Notes: a model not told the origin generated them from the sequence alone. A stretch of DNA of 63,172 nt, filler included, from Octopus bimaculoides (GCF_001194135.2; 6 parts of 6 records of this genome joined end to end with filler, not necessarily neighbours in it); one strand, 5' to 3'; shown: positions 26,940 through 38,755, counted from the whole stretch's first letter. Numbers and translations are program-made.

Positions 26940-27020
26940 GTCAGATCCCTGCGGGAATCGAAGTGAGGACTTTAAAAGCGTGAACCGAATACCCTACCCA
27001 CTAAACTACGTACCTTCGTC
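26940..27020 (-). mobile_element. tRNA-derived SINE head (family C)
   Basis: Minus strand: gtagtttagtgggtagggtattcggttcacg...ttcgattcccgc. Confidence 0.5.
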
Positions 27021-27525
27021 CATACACACACACACACACACACACACAGACACACACACAGACACGCACACAAACACACACACACACACACACGCACAAA
27101 CACACCAACGCACATATGTATTACATAGAGAGACATGTAGAGAGACATACAATGTGAATTGATATTTTGATATTAAATGAGATTCGTTTATATTCACTTC
27201 TACCATCTTTGTAGTAGCAACGCCAGGAGCAAATTTTTCCCATTTCAAAATGATTATTGCTTTTTATACAAACTTTTACCTCGCCGTCGTTGATGTTCAG
27301 GTTTTACATGGAATTGTAAAAGTATAAAGCATGACTGCGGCTGTAATTTACAAAATATGATTCATGTGATGAATAATGGCACAATCCAGACTGTAGTCTC
27401 TATCCTGACCTCTCTTTTAATATTATACTGACATTCAACTTGTGTCGTGAGTTTGGACGATAGATATCATTCGTCTAATACCTGACAAGCATGAAGAAAA
27501 CTGGCTGGCTCACGATGGTACAGAA

Positions 27526-27582
27526 TCAAATCTATTCAGCTGCATCAAATCTTTTCAGCCGCATCAAATCTTTTCAGCCGCA
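27526..27582 (+). repeat. 19-bp tandem repeat x3
   Basis: tcaaatctattcagctgca tcaaatcttttcagccgca tcaaatcttttcagccgca. Confidence 0.9.
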
Positions 27583-27599
27583 GCGCGCAAGCGTCATCA

Positions 27600-27727
27600 A
27601 TATACGCAAATTCACCTATTGTTTCAACTCTTAAATTTACTTTTACTAATATTGCATCACATACTGATACTAACACAGATTACCAAATACTATAATAATA
27701 AATCTAACAGCATCAATAAACAACAAG
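27600..27727 (+). other. Candidate non-coding 5' exon of the peptide gene (start uncertain)
   Basis: Consensus donor caacaag|gtaagt at 27727/27728, 1.5 kb upstream of the Cys-rich exon, in unique sequence; no ATG in the one long frame open through to the donor. Confidence 0.35.
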
Positions 27728-28016
27728 GTAAGTGATCAAACAACACTTTCAGGCAGGATTTTGCTTTATAATTTCCGGTGGAGCAAAATAATCTTTCAAG
27801 CTGTAAATTATATGAGCGAAAGACTAAAGTTACTTACAATTGTTTTATTCTTTTTTATGAAAGAATGCAAAAATGAAATGAATTCATATTGTTCTCATAA
27901 TGGAATAAATTAAATTCGATTCAAAATAGAATATAATTAAGAGAAACTATATTTTTTAACTATTGTGTTAATGATATTGAGCAGCCTAACTGAGGTGAAA
28001 ACGTATTACAAATCAG

Positions 28017-28350
28017 GGCTACGTAGTATTAACTGCTCATTAGTTTGTGTTACTCGAAGCGCACTTGGGCTATATTTGTGTTAAGGATCTTTCCTTTTGA
28101 TGGGCAACTCGATTAATTAATTTTCATTAACTAAACACTTTGAAACTTCGGACACTGCTAGAATATGTCATATAAAACATCTTTTACTTTTAGCGTTGTT
28201 GAGAAAGTTATTCTATTTTCGAAGTTATTTCGTGTTAAAGTTGTCGTATTTCGGTAATTTCAACCAATCAATGACGTGTATTCAGCTGAATAAAATTACT
28301 GCTGTTGTTTGTCAATAACAACTTCGGTGGTGTATATTTCGTTTGTGTAT
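28017..28350. mobile_element. Probable non-autonomous DNA-transposon-like repeat
   Basis: gaaacttcggacactg...cgaagttatttcgtgttaaagttgtcgtatttcggtaatttc resembles MITE internal sequence; termini not defined. Confidence 0.35.
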
Positions 28351-28593
28351 AGCCAAAAGGATATACACAAATTTTCGATGCTATGCAACTCGCAGATCTT
28401 AAGGATTTACTCATAGACAGACATTAATCTCCATCATTAATAGATGATCTGAAACAACGAGTCAAGAAAATCGTTTTTCTGGTACAAATACAAATAAATT
28501 AAAGTAAATAGAATTGAAAATCATATGAAGGTCAAGATTTCCGTTTTATACATTATTTTCAAGACAGAGAATTGTTTTACGTATCTCATTTAG

Positions 28594-28618
28594 GATGTGC
28601 AGAGAAATAGACAGGACA
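28594..28618 (+). other. Candidate ATG-containing exon start running into an assembly gap
   Basis: Acceptor ttgttttacgtatctcatttag|G ATG TGC AGA GAA ATA GAC AGG ACA, then N gap 28619-28793. Confidence 0.25.
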
Positions 28619-29227
28619 NNNNNNNNNNNNNNNNNNNNNNNNNNNNNNNNNNNNNNNNNNNNNNNNNNNNNNNNNNNNNNNNNNNNNNNNNNNNNNNNNN
28701 NNNNNNNNNNNNNNNNNNNNNNNNNNNNNNNNNNNNNNNNNNNNNNNNNNNNNNNNNNNNNNNNNNNNNNNNNNNNNNNNNNNNNNNNNNNNNGACCGTA
28801 ACAAAAGAATGCAGATTTGATTTCCCGGTTACAAACAAATAATTATTAGTCGAAATGTGCTGAGAATCATGAACCAAATTTGAAATTTATTCCTTTAGGT
28901 CAAAATAGTGGCGATAATTGAAACACAGTCAATCAATAAGTGTGACGTTGAAATTCTGGATATATATATTTATATACCAAGTCTTTAACAAATTCGAGAA
29001 AATACACTGAGTAAAAGTTAAAAGAAAAGAAAAGAAAGAATTGACTTGTGGTACTTGTTTCGGATCTGCATGTTGCGAGTTCAGGTCCCGTCAGATTCTT
29101 TAGTTTTATCGACATCGATAAAATAAATACCATTATCGTTTAATCCCTTTCCCCTATACATCCCTTGCCTTTAATAATGAGAAACCATAATTTAATAATA
29201 TTTTGTATTCTCTACTATATTTTGCAG

Positions 29228-29372
29228 TTACAGTGAAAGGTTTAAGAGAGCTGCTTCATGTTCAAAAGGGAAATGTTGGGGAACTGGACAAAATCGACGA
29301 TGTAAATGCTGCCGCGGTTACGATTGTGCACGTGCACGAAGTTTCTGCTTCTGTTATAATTGGAGGCGGTAA
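29228..29372 (+). CDS. Putative terminal coding exon of a small cysteine-rich propeptide: ...YSERFKR|AASCSKGKCWGTGQNRRCKCCRGYDCARARSFCFCYNWRR*
   Basis: Acceptor ttctctactatattttgcag ends at 29227; phase-2 open frame to TAA at 29370-29372; 8 Cys in the 40 residues after an R-F-K-R site; about 44% GC by hand count versus about 23% in the preceding 60 nt; not microsatellite-derived. Confidence 0.7.
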
Positions 29373-29463
29373 CACCTGGTTCTCGGACTATGATTCATGT
29401 GACTAATAATATTATACTCCAAACTGTAATCGCTTTTCTGTCAGATTAAACCGTGATAAATAC

Positions 29464-29550
29464 TTAGTGCTTTGTTATTTACTGTGCTCTTTGATTTTAA
29501 GTTATACAACGAAACAAATTCTCAGTGCTTCGTTCTTCGCTGTGGTGTTT
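29464..29550 (+). repeat. Two diverged copies of a 53-58-bp unit
   Basis: ttagtgctttgttatttactgtgctcttt... and tcagtgcttcgttcttcgctgtg; homologous to 30070-30166. Confidence 0.65.
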
Positions 29551-29695
29551 GCCTTTAAGTTACGGATATGGGTAGTAAGATTTTACATTGCAGTGTCACA
29601 ATATATATTTGTAAAACAACAATATTGTCCAAGAACATCAACAAAGTACTGCTACTGATGCTGTGTCCTATCCTCCTCATCCTATTACTACTGTA

Positions 29696-29765
<70 letters not shown>

Positions 29766-30069
29766 TTTAAATTTTGAATTCTAATCAATCGTTATATCCG
29801 ATAACAATAGAAAACTATGAATAAATTTCATGAAACTGTGAAATATAAAATATTAACGAACAGATTTTTGATTTTGTAATTTATCCTGGAAAGAAATTCA
29901 CGTTTGTTGCTCCAAGAACGGAAATGGTAAAAGAAGAGACAATCTGTAAACCATAACTTACAACTAACAAACCTAAATTAGTAGGACGATCGTATCTAAT
30001 ATCGACTATATTTATGCTATTAACCCGTCAAATTTTAATGAATTCTAATTAAATAAATTGATTAAAGCA

Positions 30070-30166
30070 TCAGTGCTTCGTTTTTCGCTGTGTTCTTTGT
30101 TTTATTGAACGGTAACAAAATCTCAGTGCTTCGTTCTTCGCTGTGCTCTTTGTTTTATTGAACGGT
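30070..30166 (+). repeat. 53-bp tandem repeat running into a gap
   Basis: Unit tcagtgcttcgttYttcgctgtgYtctttgttttattgaacggtaacaaaatc, period 53. Confidence 0.9.
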
Positions 30167-30266
30167 NNNNNNNNNNNNNNNNNNNNNNNNNNNNNNNNNN
30201 NNNNNNNNNNTTAATTAATTAANNNNNNNNNNNNNNNNNNNNNNNNNNNNNNNNNNNNNNNNNNNN

Positions 30267-30332
<66 letters not shown>

Positions 30333-30496
30333 TCGCGCGTGCAAGGAAGTGACATGGGTAAGTATTGTCAGCTACGGATACCTTATGTCCGATAGCGCAG
30401 CATTTTGCGCAGGCGGTGGAATTTTTTATTAACGAATCTCTTCCCTTTCATCTCTATTTGTCACTCCCTACATACATACATACATACATACATACA

Positions 30497-30532
<36 letters not shown>

Positions 30533-30557
30533 TACACACACACACATAAATATATAT

Positions 30558-30604
<47 letters not shown>

Positions 30605-30627
30605 TTCGATATTATCTGGGTAATAAA

Positions 30628-30840
30628 AGCGGCGACCTTACAAAATCTTTAACACGCCGGGCGAAATGCTTAGCAACATTTCGTCCAACTTTACGTTCTT
30701 AGTTCAAAATCCGCTGAGGTCGACTTTGTCTCTCATCCTTTCGTGGTCGATAAAATAAATACCAGTCGAGCACTGGGGTCAATGTAATCGACTTACCGAA
30801 TCCCCCGAAATTGCTGGCCTTCTGCCAAAATTTGAAACTA
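30628..30840 (+). mobile_element. SINE family A
   Basis: cgccgggcgaaatgcttagc...gttcttagttcaaaatccgctgaggtcgactttg...tttgaaac. Confidence 0.85.
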
Positions 30841-31651
30841 GTGTTATCCGGGTAATAACCTTATAACGTGTATTAAAAAGCTCCTGTATAGTTATCGCCT
30901 ACCGTATGTCACTATACAATAAGGCTTATTCCTTAATCTGGATGTGTATGTGTGGAACACCATAAGAGTGTAGAATATGTATTAAAAAATCGTACCAGAA
31001 GATGGAATAATCGGGTTTTAATTACAGTGGATTCGAAGCAACCTACCTGATGAAGGGCTGGTACACCGCTGCTGCTGCTGGATCATATTTATATACTTAA
31101 TTATTTATAAAATAAGTTATGTAATGGTATGAGATTGAAAACTCAGCAACTAACAACTGTTACCACTGCACAAACACAATTGTCTTTTGTAATTCTCACC
31201 TGTCTATTCTATCATTTTATTGTGTGTTTGTGCGTGAGCTGATGTATGAATGCTTGAATATGTATATGTACGTATACATACATACATACATATATACATA
31301 CATACATACATACATACATACGTCAGGATCTGAAACGTACCCCCGTTAAGCCGGATATCCAACTATTACGAAATCTGAGTAGAGAGTGAGACTTCCATTA
31401 CTACTGAAGGGGAATATATTCCGCATAGACCTTTCCAATCATATCACAGCTCTACCATTCAGCAAAACTAGTGAACTAAAAGCAATCCCTTTTTACCGAT
31501 ATCATATACTTAGCTGATGTGTATTGTTTAAACGCCAAAAGCTACGATCTCTCGTCCAGAAAAAATCCCCTTAAAGACGTATGATGTTGAAAAAAACACA
31601 ATATAATTCAGATTTAGACGAAACAAAATCGCATCAGAAATTGTCACGAGA

Positions 31652-31696
31652 GCGGTAGATGCGTATTTCGCTGTTTTTGCAGTTTATCAATACTGC
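31652..31696 (-). ncRNA. Minimal hammerhead-like motif with U3/A8 core
   Basis: Minus strand: gcagta TTGATAA actg-caaaaa-cagc GAAA tacgcATC taccgc. Confidence 0.45.
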
Positions 31697-32086
31697 ACAC
31701 TCTAGTCACTTCCGAAACAAAATCAAAGTCTCTAGCCCGAAGTACATACAGATAGTGTAAAAATTCAGATTATATAATAGAAGCAGTTTCGTAATATAAA
31801 CATATAAAATACCCAGTACAGTACTGTTTCTACTTCACGGATTTTCACCTATCGTGGCGGAGTTTGGAACGTAACAACCGCGATAGTCGGGGGATTACTG
31901 TATAACAAATTGCGAATAAGACGTATTTAAGATACACAAACATTAATACAGATTTTTTCTAAATCTGAAATTGCTTTTGAAGATATCAGCTTCATGATTC
32001 AATTAGAAAACTGATTAATACTCACTGAACGAATTCCAGAAGTGGAAGAGGTGAATAGTCTTCAAAAGTAATTTTTTTTTATCAAC

Positions 32087-32416
32087 GTTGTTGTTGTTGG
32101 CACTCCGTCGCTTACGACGTTGAGGGTTCCAGTTGATCCGATCAACGGAACAGCCTGCTCGTGAAATTAACGTGCAAGTGGCTGAGCAATCCACAGACAC
32201 GTGTACCCTTAACGCAGTTCTCGGGGATATTCAGCGTGACACAGTGTGACAAGACTGATCCTTTGAATTACAGGTACAACAGAAACAGGAAGTAAGAGTG
32301 AGAGAAAGTTGTGGTGAAAGAGTACAGCAGGGTTCGCCACCATCCCCTGCCGGAGCCTCGTGGAGCTTTAGGTGTTTTCGCTCAATAAACACTCACAACG
32401 CCCGGTCTGGGAATCG
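32087..32416 (-). mobile_element. SINE family D (head lost in gap), (CAA)n tail
   Basis: Minus strand starts cgattcccagaccgggcgttgtgagtg (B-box remnant) and ends cgtaagcgacggagtgccaacaacaac. Confidence 0.7.
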
Positions 32417-32543
32417 NNNNNNNNNNNNNNNNNNNNNNNNNNNNNNNNNNNNNNNNNNNNTTAATTAATTAANNNNNNNNNNNNNNNNNNNNNNNNNNNN
32501 NNNNNNNNNNNNNNNNTATATATATATATATATACACACACAC

Positions 32544-33470
32544 ATGAGGAGAAGTCAAAAGTATCGGCACTTTCACCAACATTTTCTTTAGGTTCGCTAC
32601 TCTGTTTTCAAGCTCGTGGTTACGTAACCGAGGTTTGATCTTCTTCGCTCCAATAAACATGGCCGCTTCTTTGTTATTGTGCACTGAAGAACAGAGCTCA
32701 GTGATCCGATTTCTCTGGTCTGAAAGTGTGTTGGGAGCTGAAAGTTATCGCATGATACGAGCACAGAACTCTGCCGCGTAGAAGTGGGTATGAATGCTAC
32801 GAGAAGTTTTTAAATGGTCAGACAAACATGAAGCACAAAAGAGGGAGAAAGCAGAATGTTCATCAGCCTCCACCATTTCATCGATCGATGAGGTGGCATG
32901 TTTTCTGCAAATTAGTTGTGGTTCTGCAAACGAAATCATCGAAGCGAAGCTTCGTTTCTGGACAGTCTGCGTGAGATGGGTGCCAAGATAAATTCCTGAA
33001 GAGCGCAGGACAATCGTATGGAAATCTGTGAACGCTTATTCAACTGCTACAACGATGAAGGCGAAGATCTTTTGTAGAGAATAGACACAGGAGATGCGAC
33101 CTTGGTCCATTACTTTTAGCCAGAATCCAAAAGGTTGTGTATGGAGGGAAAACGTCCGGAATCGCCAGTGAAAAAGAAATCCAAGTCTCAACCTTCAGTA
33201 GATAACACTATGCTAACTTCATTTAAAAAAAATTTTTTCTGGTTGCAAAAGGACCTATACTGGGAGATTACCTGGAAAAGGGGTCTACAGTCATCCGTGT
33301 AGACTACGGTGGGATGTTGAACAAGAAACTAAAACATAACAATTCACATCAAACGCCGAAGTCTGTTGTCAAACTAAGTCTGTCATCGTTGCATGACATT
33401 GCACGTCCACATACAACCGTCCACGTCGTTCAAGCCATTGAAAAATTGGGTTTCGAGTTTCTGGAACATC
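32544..33470 (+). mobile_element. Mariner transposon relic (5' TIR plus disrupted transposase), truncated by gap
   Basis: TIR-like atgaggagaagtcaaaagt; ATG at 32659 gives MAASLLLCTEEQSSVIRFLWSE; VRWVPR; gagatgcgaccttggtcc (GDETWV-like); HDIARPHT. Confidence 0.9.
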
Positions 33471-33937
33471 NNNNNNNNNNNNNNNNNNNNNNNNNNNNNN
33501 NNNNNNNNNNNNNNNNNNNNNNNNNNNNNNNNNNNNNNNNNNNNNNNNNNNNNNNNNNNNNNNNNNNNNNNNNNNNNNNNNNNNNNNNNNNNNNNNNNNN
33601 NNNNNNNNNNNNNNNNNNNNNNNNNNNNNNNNNNNNNNNNNNNNNNNNNNNNNNNNNNNNNNNNNNNNNNNNNNNNNNNNNNNNNNNNNNNNNNNNNNNN
33701 NNNNNNNNNNNNNNNNNNNNNNNNNNNNNNNNNNNNNNNNNNNNNNNNNNNNNNNNNNNNNNNNNNNNNNNNNNNNNNNNNNNNNNNNNNNNNNNNNNNN
33801 NNNNNNNNNNNNNNNNNNNNNNNNNNNNNNNNNNNNNNNNNNNNNNNNNNNNNNNNNNNNNNNNNNNNNNNNNNNNNNNNNNNNNNNNNNNNNNNNNNNN
33901 NNNNNNNNNNNNNNNNNNNNNNNNNNNNNNNNNNNNN

Positions 33938-33992
<55 letters not shown>

Positions 33993-35425
33993 TTATGTCT
34001 TTCTGTATTACGTAGTGTGCATATATATGCTTATATATATATATACAGCATGCATATATATGCGTGTGTATGTGTGGCATATATATGTATGTATATGTGT
34101 ATATAAGCATATATGTATATGCGTATGTGTATGTACATGTAGACATTCATGGCTTAGCTGTATGTAAATATATAAATACATGTACGTGTATTTTTATACA
34201 TTTGCGAGTGGTTAAAGATTAAAATTAATAAAAGGACTTCATTCCTTGGTTGCTTGGTAATCTTTCAGATCCGGGTAAAGCATACACAAACACACACACA
34301 TACTTGTACATACGTGCACATATACACATGCACACGCGCACACATATACAAATATATACTTATAGACTCCCACATTCACGCGCATACATTCACATCCTCC
34401 GTGTATTTATCTATACCTATGTCACATCGCATCATCCTTCTTCCCCCAAAGCCTTTTCTTTCTCCCTTATCTTTTCCCTTTAACTTCATTTCTTCATCGT
34501 ATGTTTCCTCCCACTTCTCCCCTCCCTTTGTCTTACCCCTCCCCCACCTTCTTCTATTGCCATATATAAGTCAGTCCTCAACAGCCATACCAATGTCGCC
34601 TTCCAATAATGTTGACACGGGACTCAACCGCTCCGACCAAGTTTTACGTATTTCCCGCTAAATGCCATGTTTGCCTGCATCTTACAGTCTATAACAATAT
34701 ACATGCATACATACAGATATACATATATATATATATATATATANNNNNNNNNNNNNNNNNNNNNNNNNNNNNNNNNNNNNNNNNNNNNNNNNNNNNNNNN
34801 NNNNNNNNNNNNNNNNNNNNNNNNNNNNNNNNNNNNNNNNNNNNNNNNNNNNNNNNNNNNNNNNNNNNNNNNNNNNNNNNNNNNNNNNNNNNNNNNNNNN
34901 NNNNNNNNNNNNNNNNNNNNNNNNNNNNNNNNNNNNNNNNNNNNNNNNNNNNNNNNNNNNNNNNNNNNNNNNNNNNNNNNNNNNNNNNNNNNNNNNNNNN
35001 NNNNNNNNNNNNNNNNNNNNNNNNNNNNNNNNNNNNNNNNNNNNNNNNNNNNNNNNNNNNNNNNNNNNNNNNNNNNNNNNNNNNNNNNNNNNNNNNNNNN
35101 NNNNNNNNNNNNNNNNNNNNNNNNNNNNNNNNNNNNNNNNNNNNNNNNNNNNNNNNNNNNNNNNNNNNNNNNNNNNNNNNNNNNNNNNNNNNNNNNNNNN
35201 NNNNNNNNNNNNNNNNNNNNNNNNNNNNNNNNNNNNNNNNNNNNNNNNNNNNNNNNNNNNNNNNNNNNNNNNNNNNNNNNNNNNNNNNNNNNNNNNNNNN
35301 NNNNNNNNNNNNNNNNNNNNNNNNNNNNNNNNNNNNNNNNNNNNNNNNNNNNNNNNNNNNNNNNNNNNNNNNNNNNNNNNNNNNNNNNNNNNNNNNNNNN
35401 NNNNNNNNNNNNNNNNNNNNNNNNN

Positions 35426-36201
35426 TTCAAAGTGGACTAAACCTTTCACATCCCACCAAACAGGTAACAACACCTTACGTGAGTGAAGACCTTTAGCTTG
35501 GAATGCTGGTGTCCCTCCTTGCCCAACCCACTGTCTTCAGCACTTGACATTTTTATAGAGAACCCATTTCTCTTCGTTAGTCACCATTCAGTCCAAAAAT
35601 GGATAATTTGTAAGATATGATAGCAAAGAAGAGCACACATTCACTCTCTGCGCACGATTAGACTCAGAAAGTTTATGAGAAACCCATTGACCCAATTTGC
35701 TGACTTTTCCAATGGCACGCAAGTGCTGATGAATGGTTAAATGACTAAATCCAAGCTTCTCTGCTAGTTGCTCAACAGTTACGATGGGATTTTCTTCCAC
35801 CAGGGTTTGCAGGACGTATTCATTGAGCTCTACAGATCTTCCAGGACGAGGTTCGTCTTCTAGGCTGTAGTTTCTAGTTCGGAATTTCTGGAACCGCCGC
35901 TGATACTGGCTTCTGCTTATTGTCCGATCCCCTTATACTGCATTAATATTCTTCACACTTTCCGTTGTGTTGTTGCCTTTATTGAACTCATAAAGCAAAA
36001 TATGCTGAATATGCTCCTTTGCCACTTTCATTATAACTGTTAAAATCTAACAGCACTCTTCAAAACTTGCACTAAGAATAAGTGCAAGGTAAAATTACTA
36101 CCTACTTTTATAGCAAGTTGATGCAGGTAGTTTATCACGTCCTTGTCTGACTTTTAGTTCATGCAATTGAAAAACCGCATTATTTATGGGATGGCCAAAT
36201 A
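35426..36201 (-). mobile_element. Mariner transposon relic, second lineage
   Basis: ATG at 36031 gives MKVAKEHIQHILLYEFNKG; EENPIVTVEQLAEKLG; GQWVSHKL; MVTNEEKWV; WWDVKG; TIR ccgcattatttatgggatggccaaata at 36175-36201 next to TA. Confidence 0.9.
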
Positions 36202-36429
36202 TATATCATTTAAATTCGTTTATGGTAACGTTAGGGGTATGCAAATAAAGCTTCTATTTCATTGTGCCGGCTGCCATCTAATGATACGGACAATATTGCG
36301 CTCATCCCAAGGATACGGACTCTGAGGTTAATGTCATATAATTTGTGGAAATGCGCGTAGTAATGTACTAAATATTTATAAATTCCATCCTAGAATTATG
36401 ATATATTTATATAAATATATATATATATA

Positions 36430-36496
<67 letters not shown>

Positions 36497-37274
36497 NNNN
36501 NNNNNNNNNNNNNNNNNNNNNNNNNNNNNNNNNNNNNNNNNNNNNNNNNNNNNNNNNNNNNNNNNNNNNNNNNNNNNNNNNNNNNNNNNNNNNNNNNNNN
36601 NNNNNNNNNNNNNNNNNNNNNNNNNNNNNNNNNNNNNNNNNNNNNNNNNNNNNNNNNNNNNNNNNNNNNNNNNNNNNNNNNNNNNNNNNNNNNNNNNNNN
36701 NNNNNNNNNNNNNNNNNNNNNNNNNNNNNNNNNNNNNNNNNNNNNNNNNNNNNNNNNNNNNNNNNNNNNNNNNNNNNNNNNNNNNNNNNNNNNNNNNNNN
36801 NNNNNNNNNNNNNNNNNNNNNNNNNNNNNNNNNNNNNNNNNNNNNNNNNNNNNNNNNNNNNNNNNNNNNNNNNNNNNNNNNNNNNNNNNNNNNNNNNNNN
36901 NNNNNNNNNNNNNNNNNNNNNNNNNNNNNNNNNNNNNNNNNNNNNNNNNNNNNNNNNNNNNNNNNNNNNNNNNNNNNNNNNNNNNNNNNNNNNNNNNNNN
37001 NNNNNNNNNNNNNNNNNNNNNNNNNNNNNNNNNNNNNNNNNNNNNNNNNNNNNNNNNNNNNNNNNNNNNNNNNNNNNNNNNNNNNNNNNNNNNNNNNNNN
37101 NNNNNNNNNNNNNNNNNNNNNNNNNNNNNNNNNNNNNNNNNNNNNNNNNNNNNNNNNNNNNNNNNNNNNNNNNNNNNNNNNNNNNNNNNNNNNNNNNNNN
37201 NNNNNNNNNNNNNNNNNNNNNNNNNNNNNNNNNNNNNNNNNNNNNNNNNNNNNNNNNNNNNNNNNNNNNNNNNN

Positions 37275-37320
<46 letters not shown>

Positions 37321-37800
37321 TAAGCATTTAGTTTGTTCTAGACACACAGTGTTTTCTATTGAATTCTATTCCAGTCTTTTCTGTAATTCAAGAATTGGAG
37401 TTCATTTTATCGAAATACGTAACCTCCTCATAAATATCTGGCTGTCGCTTCTATCATACTATACATTAGTATCAGATGATATTCACACGTAGTCGGCAAT
37501 GAATTATAGTCACACATCTCTCCGTCTAATTCTATAACTATATCGTTGGTGTTGACAGTATTCTGTTTCAAGGCTATGCTGTACGATAGAATATACCTAT
37601 ACACACACTTAGGTGGATATTTTGATTTAATGTTGTTTCAATTGTATACATCAAGTTTATCACAACCTATCAAGCTTTCTGCAATATCAGTGAGTGTATC
37701 AGCCATTGAAAGTAAGAAATTGTTTTCCAATGATGAAACAGGTAACGGTTAGCGTATTCACGTTCAAAGCCGCCAGAACGTCTTAAAAGTGAACACATAC

Positions 37801-37839
<39 letters not shown>

Positions 37840-37934
37840 AGTGTACTCCCACGCATGAAAAAATATATACAATGTATCACACGTTAGGTGTCGAAGTGAA
37901 TCGCAAAGCTACGTGAGATGAAATGTTTTGCTTA

Positions 37935-38015
37935 AGACCGCAACGCACCATCCTGTCTATGAACTGAAACCATGATCTCGCAATCGTGGGCGCAACACCC
38001 TAACCACTAAGCCAA
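37935..38015 (-). mobile_element. tRNA-derived SINE head (family C)
   Basis: Minus strand: ggcttagtggttagggtgttgcgcccacgattgcgagatcatggtttcagttc. Confidence 0.55.
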
Positions 38016-38029
38016 TCTATACGAACAAG

Positions 38030-38222
38030 TTATGGAATTTTGGGAGAACGGAGCAGTCGATTACAGCCACTACAGTAATTGACTGGTACTTAATTTACCG
38101 ATCCTGAAAGGACGAAAGGCAAAGTCACCCTCGGTGACATTTGAACTCAGAACATAAATACAAACGAAGTGCCACTAAGCATTTTGTCTGGCGTACTAAC
38201 GATCCTGCTAGCTCGCCGCCCT
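38030..38222 (-). mobile_element. SINE family A
   Basis: aaggcaaagtcaccctcggtgacatttgaactcagaac...ctagctcgccgcc. Confidence 0.8.
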
Positions 38223-38755
38223 AATGAGTGTATATATGTGTGTGTGTGTGTGTGTGTNNNNNNNNNNNNNNNNNNNNNNNNNNNNNNNNNNNNNNNNNNN
38301 NNNNNNNNNNNNNNNNNNNNNNNNNNNNNNNNNNNNNNNNNNNNNNNNNNNNNNNNNNNNNNNNNNNNNNNNNNNNNNNNNNNNNNNNNNNNNNNNNNNN
38401 NNNNNNNNNNNNNNNNNNNNNNNNNNNNNNNNNNNNNNNNNNNNNNNNNNNNNNNNNNNNNNNNNNNNNNNNNNNNNNNNNNNNNNNNNNNNNNNNNNNN
38501 NNNNNNNNNNNNNNNNNNNNNNNNNNNNNNNNNNNNNNNNNNNNNNNNNNNNNNNNNNNNNNNNNNNNNNNNNNNNNNNNNNNNNNNNNNNNNNNNNNNN
38601 NNNNNNNNNNNNNNNNNNNNNNNNNNNNNNNNNNNNNNNNNNNNNNNNNNNNNNNNNNNNNNNNNNNNNNNNNNNNNNNNNNNNNNNNNNNNNNNNNNNN
38701 NNNNNNNNNNNNNNNNNNNNNNNNNNNNNNNNNNNNNNNNNNNNNNNNNNNNNNN

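Noticed and set aside
29203-29406. ORF-track protein MYSLLYFAVTVKGLRELL...
   Set aside because: Starts inside the polypyrimidine tract; its Val/Ala richness is the expected shifted reading of the Cys-rich frame, which has better independent support.
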